From positions 1 to 33,014 of the forward strand of contig JAYUEN010000425.1 of assembly GCA_043739185.1 (NCBI GenBank): a DNA stretch of 33,014 bases. The letters run 5' to 3'. This document shows, piece by piece, positions 1 through 7,935 of this stretch. The notes under the pieces were generated by a model. The model was not told where the DNA came from, searched no databases, and saw only the letters and a list, made by a program, of their open reading frames with translations. Position numbers and translations under genes: made by a program. The DNA is from Bdellovibrionales bacterium. GTDB lineage: Bacteria > Bdellovibrionota > Bdellovibrionia > Bdellovibrionales > JAMPXM01. Positions within the stretch are counted from its first letter, which is position 1, and every line of letters starts with the position of its first letter.

Positions 1-1005
1 TTAAATTCCCTGCTTCTCTTTGCCGCTCAAACCTCATTCATCGTCATTGCCGTTCTTTTGGTAATCTTTGCGATTGCAATTTTGATCGCTCGTGGAAGAT
101 TTAAGCCCGAACTTGAAATTCAAGATCTTGGAGAAAATTTTGATCGCTTTAAAGAGATTTTAGAATTTGAAATTCTAGATAAAAAGAAATTCAAACAAAA
201 ACAAAAACAAGAAAAGAAAGAGCATAAGAAAGCTGCGAAAAAATCAGAGGAGACCAAACGCAAAATTTACGTCATTGATTTTGAGGGAGATCTCAAGGCT
301 TCAGCCGTTGAATCACTCAGACAAGAAGTTTCGGCCATACTTTTAGTAGCAACAATGAACGATGAAGTACTCTTAAGACTTGAAAGTCCCGGTGGAATGG
401 TAACTGGTTATGGCCTTGCGGCTTCGCAGCTCATGCGCTTAAAAGAGAAGTCGATCAAACTCGTTATTACAGTAGATAAAGTGGCTGCCAGCGGAGGCTA
501 TATGATGGCTTGCGTAGGAAGCCAAATTTTGGGTGCACCCTTTGCAATTTTTGGCTCGATTGGAGTGGTGGCGAGCCTTCCTAATTTTCATCAGCTTCTA
601 AAAAAGAATGACATCCGCTACGAAGAAGTCACGGCAGGAGAGTACAAACGTACTGTCAGCGTTCTCGGTGAAATTACAGAAAAAGGCATGGAGAAATTCA
701 AATCACAATTAGAGGATACCCATATTCTTTTTAAAACTTTTGTCGGTGAAAATCGCCCTCATCTCAATCTTTCTGAAATTGCAACTGGAGAACACTGGTA
801 TGGCACCCAAGCACTGAAGCTTGGCCTTATTGATCGCATTCAAACAAGCGATGACTACCTTATGTCGCAGGCAAAAGACGCCCAAATTTTGAAAGTTAAA
901 TTCAACCATAAAAAGAATTTAAGTGAAAGGCTCAGCGGAGGAATCTCTCTCATTCTCACTCAAGTCTTTGAGAAAATTTTATATAAAATGAGTCACATCA
1001 GCTGA
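1..1005 (+). CDS. sohB: Protease SohB (peptidase S49), 5' end outside the window
   Basis: Motifs LRLESPGGMVTGYGLAASQL, VDKVAASGGYMMAC, GSIGV, TAGEYKRT and ATGEHWYG. The frame is open from base 1 (LNSLLLFAAQ...), so the N-terminal TM segment starts upstream. Confidence 0.93.
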   Translation, partial: LNSLLLFAAQTSFIVIAVLLVIFAIAILIARGRFKPELEIQDLGENFDRFKEILEFEILDKKKFKQKQKQEKKEHKKAAKKSEETKRKIYVIDFEGDLKASAVESLRQEVSAILLVATMNDEVLLRLESPGGMVTGYGLAASQLMRLKEKSIKLVITVDKVAASGGYMMACVGSQILGAPFAIFGSIGVVASLPNFHQLLKKNDIRYEEVTAGEYKRTVSVLGEITEKGMEKFKSQLEDTHILFKTFVGENRPHLNLSEIATGEHWYGTQALKLGLIDRIQTSDDYLMSQAKDAQILKVKFNHKKNLSERLSGGISLILTQVFEKILYKMSHIS

Positions 1006-2962
1006 ATTCAGAGGGGCGAATTCGATCGGTAATTATGGATCTCACTCCATATCCAATCAATTCCCTTGCCCTTTTTTGGTCATTTACGGTCCAGGCAACA
1101 ATCGGAATCCGACGTCGATACAATTGGGCACATAGTTTTTTATTTAAATAGGATTCTTCAATATTGAGCATATGAGGATGAGCCAGAGAACAGTAAAGGA
1201 TATGGCCCGGAACGAAAAATCTCCAGCCAAGGTGACTCACCAAATACGCACGCAGGATTTTGGGATTTTGCAGGGCCAACATGCGAAGCACAAAGGGATT
1301 GAAACTTGAAACCAGAACTCGACTTTCTGAATTTGTTTCTGCAATCGCCTGTAAGACGCCTTTCACCAATCGATGAAATTTGAAATCATTGCACTTAATT
1401 TCAATATTAATAAAAGGCGTCACTTGAGAAGATCTTAAAACTTCTTTCAGTAACGGGGCTCCAACTAACTCTTTCAATTCATGAGCCATGGTTTTTAAAA
1501 CTTTTTTCTTCATTTTCAAAAGTCGTTTCAAATTGGGATCGTGAATCACGACCACCTCACCGTCCTTTGAGAGTCTGACATCGAGTTCGGTAATCTGGTA
1601 GTTTTCAGCCTGAGCCTTTTCAAAAGAGGCCAAAGTATTTTCAGGATACAAGCCTTGAGCAGTAAATCCTCTATGCGATTGCAAAAGCGGCAAATGAAAT
1701 TCAGCTTGCGACCATGGGGCTGGTTGCCAAAAAAAAATGATTCCTAAGATCCAAATGAGCGCGGCCAAAAGCAATACCCAGGGACAAATCATAAGAGCCT
1801 GTGACAAATCAGAACTATCTGAAACGGATCCGATGAGCGTTCTAGAAATCCCATCGCCAAGGAGATGAATTAAAAATAAATCCCAAGCCATTGCCATCGA
1901 TCTGATCTCAGGTCGAACAAAGGAAATAACAGCGGTATCTAGTGGACTCAAACAAACAAAGAGTACAAATTCTAAAAAAAATAAAACAACGCAGAATTTT
2001 TCAAAATTATGAATTCTCAAACACCACCAAAAAAGCGGCATTGAAATGAGCAGTGACGTAGCTGAAATTTTCAAATAAGCATTGCCCCGTTTTTTCTCCC
2101 ACCAATCCGATAAAAAACCGCCGACAAGAGTTCCGCAAAATCCCCCGGCAACCGTCAATCCACCAAAAGTCAAATTGGCTTGCGCCAGACTTATATTGAA
2201 ATAGCGAACAATATAACTCGGCATCCAAAAGGCCATTCCTCCCACTACAAAGGTATAAGCGGCATATCCTAATACGGTGCTCATATAGCCACCGTTTTTA
2301 AGTAATTCCTTAGAGCTTTCTATAAAATATTTTTTCTGATCTAAATTCTGAAATTGAGCAAGGCCTTCTTCTTCGAGGCTTCCGCGCTCTGGATTCTTTA
2401 GAAACAAAATCAAGGCGGCTAAAATAATTCCCGGAATACCTACGACGAAGAAACTTTTCTGCCAACCGAACCTGGGCTCAAGTACTCCTCCGACTAAATA
2501 GCCCATTGCACTTCCCACTGAGATGGCACCTGAATAAACGGCAAATACTCTTCCTCGCTTGGACTTAGGAAACAAATCGGCCAAAAATCCTGGCGACACA
2601 ACCGTATAGGAGGATTCACCAAGGCCCACAACGAAACGAGTGCTGAGTTGACCGAAAAAACTTCTCGTCATTCCTGAAAAACTCGTTGCCACACTCCAAA
2701 CAATGACCCCTAAAGACATGATGCGGGTGCGATCAAAGCGATCTCCGAGCCAGCCAAAAAGCGGCGAAATAAAAATATAGGCAATGATAAATCCCGACCC
2801 CAATAGGCCAAGCTCAGTATCACTAAAATGAAGATCGTTTTTTATTGCCGGAAGTAGCGCTGAAAATATATATCGGTCAATATAATTGAGAAGATTCAAG
2901 CCAGTCAGCAGAACCAATGCAAACAATGGCGCATTAAATTTTTTACGAAATTGAGAAATCAT
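998..2962 (-). CDS. Spinster-family MFS transporter fused to a C-terminal glycerophosphodiester phosphodiesterase (GDPD) domain
   Basis: The first ~410 aa have about 12 hydrophobic segments, the Spinster-like TM1 motif NLLNYIDRY, MFS motif A (GWLGDRFDR) and RFVVGLGES. The last ~230 aa carry the GDPD motifs HRG..PENTL, ELDVRLSKDGEVVVIHD, NIEIK, SSF, AWTVND and GVRSIITD. Confidence 0.88.
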   Translation of the reverse strand: MISQFRKKFNAPLFALVLLTGLNLLNYIDRYIFSALLPAIKNDLHFSDTELGLLGSGFIIAYIFISPLFGWLGDRFDRTRIMSLGVIVWSVATSFSGMTRSFFGQLSTRFVVGLGESSYTVVSPGFLADLFPKSKRGRVFAVYSGAISVGSAMGYLVGGVLEPRFGWQKSFFVVGIPGIILAALILFLKNPERGSLEEEGLAQFQNLDQKKYFIESSKELLKNGGYMSTVLGYAAYTFVVGGMAFWMPSYIVRYFNISLAQANLTFGGLTVAGGFCGTLVGGFLSDWWEKKRGNAYLKISATSLLISMPLFWWCLRIHNFEKFCVVLFFLEFVLFVCLSPLDTAVISFVRPEIRSMAMAWDLFLIHLLGDGISRTLIGSVSDSSDLSQALMICPWVLLLAALIWILGIIFFWQPAPWSQAEFHLPLLQSHRGFTAQGLYPENTLASFEKAQAENYQITELDVRLSKDGEVVVIHDPNLKRLLKMKKKVLKTMAHELKELVGAPLLKEVLRSSQVTPFINIEIKCNDFKFHRLVKGVLQAIAETNSESRVLVSSFNPFVLRMLALQNPKILRAYLVSHLGWRFFVPGHILYCSLAHPHMLNIEESYLNKKLCAQLYRRRIPIVAWTVNDQKRARELIGYGVRSIITDRIRPSEFS

Positions 2963-5055
2963 AATTCTTTAGAATTCAAACCTAAGAATTTAAAATCAAC
3001 TTTTTTACTCAATAGATTTTTTAAATTATTTGAGTTGGGATTTAAGTTTGGATGCTCCCAGCTGCCATCGACTTTCCAAATCAACTTTTTTGCTTTCGGA
3101 AAATCTAAATTAATTTCTCCACTCAATGAATCATTTGATTTCACCTCGCCAGAACTCATCAATTGGATTCGATCTTCTAAAAGACTTGCTTTCAAGGCAT
3201 TCCAGCTCCACTTTCCCTCACTTTGAACAAGATCGGCTTTGAGATTTGTGAAAATCAAATTTTCATTGCGATCTTCAAAGTTAAAAAATATTTGCTTTTC
3301 AATTTTGCGAAGTTCAGAGCTGTATTTGTATTCGCCTTCAGCGACCTTGGCATTTATACTAAGGCGATCACCACCAAAATGACTTAAGAGTCTGGCTTGT
3401 TTAAAACTCAATTCATCGGCCTCGAGAGATTTAATCTGTAATTCGCCATCCCAGGATTGAATTATAAATTTTTTAAGATTCATTTTACCGTTAAGTTTCA
3501 CGCCCGAAACTGCCCCATAAAACATATTTTTTTGCACACTCGGGTCAAATTCAATATTTTCATTTACAATTTCAATATCGCCTTCATCAAAGGCATGATC
3601 AAAATTGAGCCGAATTTCTCCGTCAAAATCTCCATTTTCAAGTTCAATTTGAGATATTTTTCCCTTCCAGCGGTTTTCGGTAAAAGTAAAATCAAGCTGG
3701 ATACTTTCAATGACTTGTTCACTTCGACTTCCTCGTCTTGAGAATTTAAGAGCAGCATCCTGCCATTCACCTTTGAATTCGAAATGCTTGGTCGATTTGA
3801 ATTGCAACTGACCACTCAATTCGCCGAACTGAGAAAATATTCCGTCGGGTCCTTTGGTGCCAAATAGGTCGAGAGCTTTTAGAATCTGAACTTTTGGTAG
3901 ATCGAGAACAAATTCAGAAAGGCCACCGTCTGCATTGCGCACCAAGTGTGATATTTTGGCTTGACCGAATTCGCCATCAATCAAAATATCACTGGCTTCA
4001 ATTGGCAATTGTTTGAGTTGATCGAGGCGCCCGTTGACATTGGCAGTAAAACTCAACCAAACGAATTTAGGCTGAGATTTTTGCGGAAGAAGTTCAAGCT
4101 TAGTTAAATAACTTGAAATCGCAGACACGGGCAATTGTTTAGCTTTAATATTCATTTCGACCAGCGGACTGTGACTTCCGGGTGAAATGATTGCATTGAT
4201 CTGAATATGACCCTCTGCAATTTGCGTTGAGATATCAAAATTCATTTTCTCGGAAGTCAAATCAGCTACAATATCAGCTGTCGGAATCACCTCGCCTTGA
4301 GAAAATTCTGGAGGTAAAATAAATTCGGATTTCAACCGGTATTTGGATTTGGAAAGACCCTCTGATTTATTTTGTCGCAAATTAAAATTTTTCAGGATTA
4401 AAAATTTTTGGTGCTGATCAAAGTAGAGTTTTATTTCGTCAAATTCAATACCACGAACCACTTCATCAATTTGACTCAATTTCTGATCATCCCAAAAACT
4501 AAAAGCTTCACTCGCTGTTTTAACTGCAGAACCCGAACCCATGTCTGGTGCCGCTTGCGCAACAACTGGGGGAGATGCTTCTTGATCTGGCTTTGTTGCA
4601 ACCGAAGCACCACTTCGCTCTCCACAATTATTTTGAAAATTTTCAATATCGACTTCAAATTTTTGTATGCTAATAAGAGACAGAGCGAATTTACCTTCTA
4701 AGAGTTTGAAGAAGTTAATTGGTAAAGTCGCCTTTTGAATACGAATGGGCGGAATCACTCGGCCACAATTCTTTCTTTGAGCGAGCTCAATATTCTTAAT
4801 TTCAAGGGACAAAACCGGTAACCAGCCATTAGCGAGCATGAGCTCTGCTGAACTAAAAGAAATTTGAAGTTGTGGTACGCGTATCGAAATCTCTTGGCGC
4901 AAAAGCTGAGTTAGGCGCGCAGGCGCGAAGTAGACCTTGACGCTCAAGCCAAGCACACAAGATATAAGAATAAAGGCAAAAAAGGTTTTCAGTCCTGAAC
5001 GATTCTTTTCAGAAGGAATCCCAGGCAAACGTGACCTACTGGATGCTAGTTTCAT
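2959..5055 (-). CDS. AsmA-like (repeating beta-groove) envelope protein with an N-terminal membrane anchor
   Basis: Single N-terminal TM, AsmA-like N-terminal pattern (LEIKNIEL...INFFKLLEGK), alternating beta-strand composition and an AsmA-type C-terminus (LSGEINL...KVDGSWEHP). ATGA overlap with the downstream MFS gene. Confidence 0.6.
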   Translation of the reverse strand: MKLASSRSRLPGIPSEKNRSGLKTFFAFILISCVLGLSVKVYFAPARLTQLLRQEISIRVPQLQISFSSAELMLANGWLPVLSLEIKNIELAQRKNCGRVIPPIRIQKATLPINFFKLLEGKFALSLISIQKFEVDIENFQNNCGERSGASVATKPDQEASPPVVAQAAPDMGSGSAVKTASEAFSFWDDQKLSQIDEVVRGIEFDEIKLYFDQHQKFLILKNFNLRQNKSEGLSKSKYRLKSEFILPPEFSQGEVIPTADIVADLTSEKMNFDISTQIAEGHIQINAIISPGSHSPLVEMNIKAKQLPVSAISSYLTKLELLPQKSQPKFVWLSFTANVNGRLDQLKQLPIEASDILIDGEFGQAKISHLVRNADGGLSEFVLDLPKVQILKALDLFGTKGPDGIFSQFGELSGQLQFKSTKHFEFKGEWQDAALKFSRRGSRSEQVIESIQLDFTFTENRWKGKISQIELENGDFDGEIRLNFDHAFDEGDIEIVNENIEFDPSVQKNMFYGAVSGVKLNGKMNLKKFIIQSWDGELQIKSLEADELSFKQARLLSHFGGDRLSINAKVAEGEYKYSSELRKIEKQIFFNFEDRNENLIFTNLKADLVQSEGKWSWNALKASLLEDRIQLMSSGEVKSNDSLSGEINLDFPKAKKLIWKVDGSWEHPNLNPNSNNLKNLLSKKVDFKFLGLNSKEL

Positions 5056-5089
5056 GTCTCATATGTCACCTCAGCGTAAATGAAGTGTC

Positions 5090-5117
5090 AATGCTCGCTA
5101 AGTAAATCACGAGCATT
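5090..5117 (-). terminator. Stem-loop just downstream of greA (possible terminator or processing site)
   Basis: 8-bp inverted repeat AATGCTCG (5090-5097) / CGAGCATT (5110-5117). There is no U-tract on the minus strand. Confidence 0.25.
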
Positions 5118-5129
5118 TTAAGGCGTGTC

Positions 5130-5627
5130 CTATTTAAATTCAAAACTTACGACTTCAAATTCTTTTTCAGTCTTGGGACTTCGAACCTGTACAATATCAC
5201 CTTTAATTTTCCCAATAAGTCCGCGTGCAAGCGGCGACATAATTGAAATTTTGCCTTGTTTGACATCGGCTTCATCAGTTCCGACGATTTGATAAGTTAC
5301 TTCCTCTTCGGTTTCTGTATCACGCAACATAACGTGCGCACCAAATACAATACGATTGCTTTTAATTTGAGCGGGATCAACTATCTGTGCGCCAGCCAAT
5401 TGCCCTTGGACTTCAAGAATTCTTCCTTCGACCATTCCTTGACGCTCTTTTGCCGCCTCGTACTCTGCATTTTCACTAATGTCGCCATGAGCACGCGCCT
5501 CTTCGATGGCTTTGATTATCGAAGGCCGCTCTTTTGTAATCAAGCGTTTCAGCTCTTCTTCAAGCTTGAGCTTTCCGCGGATCGTTAGAGGGAGATTGTC
5601 GCTCCCAATTTTATCATTTTCAGGCAT
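5130..5627 (-). CDS. greA: Transcription elongation factor GreA
   Basis: ARAHGDISENAEYEAAKE, YQIVGTDEAD and ISIMSPLARGLIGK. Confidence 0.97.
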   Translation of the reverse strand: MPENDKIGSDNLPLTIRGKLKLEEELKRLITKERPSIIKAIEEARAHGDISENAEYEAAKERQGMVEGRILEVQGQLAGAQIVDPAQIKSNRIVFGAHVMLRDTETEEEVTYQIVGTDEADVKQGKISIMSPLARGLIGKIKGDIVQVRSPKTEKEFEVVSFEFK

Positions 5628-5863
5628 GCCTGCTCCTTGGTCATTTAAAGGCTAAACTGTATAGCGAACTTGCTTTGATTGCGCAACGTCAAATATCCCA
5701 GATCAAACAGGTTGGCTACTGCGCCCGATCTTTGGCTTGATTTCATGCAGCATGACTGTCTTATGTCAAATTTAAGATAGGACTTCCGATAAGATACCAG
5801 TAACCTGACAGCCTAGATTTTACAATCGTCCGCGTTTGAATGAGATTTCACGGTGTGAGCACG

Positions 5864-6892
5864 ATGCTAAGTAAGTTATCGCAAAAAATTAAGTCCGCGC
5901 AAAATATAATTTTAAGCACCCATCGACAATGTGATGGCGACGGCTTGGGTTCTGAAATTGCCCTTTATCACGCCCTCAAGCGAATGCAGAAAAATGTTCG
6001 AATTTTAAATGTCGACCAGACGGCCAAAAAATACCATTTTTTGGGAACAGAAAACCTCATTGAGGTATATGAGAATGAGCCTCGTAGTGTTGGCAAAACC
6101 GACCTGGTTTTAATCTTTGATACCAACGATTCAAGACTCCTAGCACCACTTTTTTCGGAGTTCGAATCGCAGGCTAAAGAAATACTCTTCATTGATCACC
6201 ATCCGGTTTTACTTCAAGGTCCGAGCCCAACAAATGGCTCTTTTATCGATACTTTGGCCGCAAGCACTGGCGAAATTACCTATGACCTTATTCAAGAACT
6301 TGGAATTACACTTGATCAAAATATTTCACGTGCGCTTTACACAAGTATCGCTTTTGATACCCAACTTTTTCGCTTTGTAAGGAACTCATCTCGGTCGCAT
6401 TTGATAGCAGCCGAACTTCTCAATCATGATATTCAAGCCGAAGAAATTCACTCGCGCTTATTCGGAAATTATAGTGTTCAAAAAATGGAGTTTCTTGCCC
6501 ATGCCTTAAGTCAAATTGAGTATTTCTCAGACGGGAAACTCGCTATATTAAAACTGCACGCCAAAGATCTTCTAAAATTTTCGCTGGATCACGACGACAG
6601 CAATGATGTCATTGATCTTTTAATGAATATTCAAAGTCTTCAGGCCGCAGCATTATTACGTGAGGACGGCGGACACAAATTCAAACTTTCTCTTCGCAGC
6701 AAAGGAAAGTTTGATGTTTTAAAAATTGCCGAATCGCTTGGTGGAGGTGGGCACCTCTATTCTTCAGGAGCCTATTTGACCGGAACTTACGAGAATATAA
6801 AGCAGCAAGTATTGTTGGCACTGAAAAGTGCCCTCGACAATTCAAGAAAACAAGTGCCCTCAAACCACAATAAAACTCATGAATCCGCCTGA
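5864..6892 (+). CDS. nrnA: DHH/DHHA1 phosphoesterase, NrnA-like (nanoRNase / pAp phosphatase)
   Basis: THRQCDGDGLGS, IFDT, IDHH, AASTGE, DT..F, SLRS and GGGGH motifs. The start could alternatively be the ATG at 5840. Confidence 0.85.
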   Translation: MLSKLSQKIKSAQNIILSTHRQCDGDGLGSEIALYHALKRMQKNVRILNVDQTAKKYHFLGTENLIEVYENEPRSVGKTDLVLIFDTNDSRLLAPLFSEFESQAKEILFIDHHPVLLQGPSPTNGSFIDTLAASTGEITYDLIQELGITLDQNISRALYTSIAFDTQLFRFVRNSSRSHLIAAELLNHDIQAEEIHSRLFGNYSVQKMEFLAHALSQIEYFSDGKLAILKLHAKDLLKFSLDHDDSNDVIDLLMNIQSLQAAALLREDGGHKFKLSLRSKGKFDVLKIAESLGGGGHLYSSGAYLTGTYENIKQQVLLALKSALDNSRKQVPSNHNKTHESA

Positions 6893-7142
6893 TTCAAGAT
6901 CCCGAAAAAAAAAACCATCTGAAATTATTTGTTTGTGCAATAATGTGACCCGCGAATGTATTGAAGAAGCAATTATTGGAGGCGTTAAAAGCCTCAATGA
7001 AATTTTTGATAAAACAACCGCTGGTGTAGGTCCTTGCGGTGGCTCTTGCAGGCGTAAATTAGGGCCGATGCTAGATCATTATTTGGCAACAGGAACGCTT
7101 TTGCCGCCTGTTGAAAAACAGAATAGTAAAAAGAAGCCTTAA
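6879..7142 (+). CDS. BFD-like [2Fe-2S]-binding protein
   Basis: CLC-x32-CGGSC pattern (ICLCNNVT...AGVGPCGGSC). The ATG at 6879 overlaps the end of nrnA. Confidence 0.8.
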   Translation: MNPPDSRSRKKKPSEIICLCNNVTRECIEEAIIGGVKSLNEIFDKTTAGVGPCGGSCRRKLGPMLDHYLATGTLLPPVEKQNSKKKP

Positions 7143-7267
7143 TATACTTTTTGGTTGGGCTAGTTTCAACGCGAGATTTCAATTCAGATTAAAGGGCAGC
7201 CGCGACCGCAACAGTCTGGGGGAAAACGATCCGTCTGACATTCTATCGAAGCTGCATTTAATAGATG

Positions 7268-7741
7268 TTATTCGGATTCTTCTGAACCATCATCTAAACG
7301 ATGATCGATCAACATCTGCGAGACCGGCCGACAAGTCCCGCAAGCAGTTCCCGCCATCGTCTTTTCTCCTAATTCGATGACTCGATGAACGCCCCCGATA
7401 ACAGCCGCATCGACAATCTGAGTTGTCACTTGTCTACAATGGCAAAGCTCGGCTTCTTTATAAGGAAAATTCCACTGATTTCTCGATTTCAAAATGAGTT
7501 CACGCACTAAGATCGCAGAGTGATGCGTTCCTTTGGGTAGAGGCATTTGAAAATAATCGTGCGCAAACTCTTTAAGGCTCAATTTGAGTTTAGCAATTTC
7601 GGCTAAACATTCAGGGCAAGCAATTGATTTTATTTCGGCACGAAGTACTTTTTTCCCAGCAAGACTCAATTTCATATCAATTTCGTCTCTTGCTAAAAAG
7701 CTCACTTGCGCATGAACTTGAGTTGCCGTTTGGTTTTTCAT
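7268..7741 (-). CDS. Protein with a degenerate IscU/NifU-N-like N-terminal domain and a C-terminal BFD-like [2Fe-2S] domain
   Basis: C-terminal CHC-x31-CGTC (LCHCRQVT...AGTACGTC). N-terminal RDEI..., IACPEC and KGTHHSAIL segments. SD-like GAGGGG upstream. Confidence 0.75.
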   Translation of the reverse strand: MKNQTATQVHAQVSFLARDEIDMKLSLAGKKVLRAEIKSIACPECLAEIAKLKLSLKEFAHDYFQMPLPKGTHHSAILVRELILKSRNQWNFPYKEAELCHCRQVTTQIVDAAVIGGVHRVIELGEKTMAGTACGTCRPVSQMLIDHRLDDGSEESE

Positions 7742-7760
7742 TTATACCCCTCGCCCCTAT

Positions 7761-7882
7761 AGATGAGTCCAAAATTAATGCGACCGAGGCGTCCGAGGAG
7801 AAGGCGCGGAGGCCTACTTCCTGTAGGCCGCACAAGCTGACGACGAAGGCAACAAAGGTCCCATTAATATTTGGACTCATCT
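7761..7882. repeat. 122-bp palindromic element (MITE / RPE-like, or a structured RNA leader)
   Basis: Terminal inverted repeats AGATGAGTCCAAAATTAATGCGACC (7761-7785) and GGTCCCATTAATATTTGGACTCATCT (7857-7882) differ by one indel and one mismatch. The GC-rich core has a central hairpin GGCCTAC-TTCCT-GTAGGCC (7811-7829). Confidence 0.7.
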
Positions 7883-7935
7883 CTATTTTCTCACATTCTC
7901 ATGTGATATTACAAGTATCAGGATGAGATTTGCGC

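Noticed and set aside
6905..6914. A10 run at the start of the BFD-like gene as a phase-variation tract
   Set aside because: Explained by consecutive Arg/Lys codons in an AT-rich genome; the frame is intact.
7624..7926. ORFs 7624-7926 (+) and 7677-7880 (-) as real genes
   Set aside because: Both overlap the NifU/BFD gene and run through the palindromic element; neither has protein-family features.
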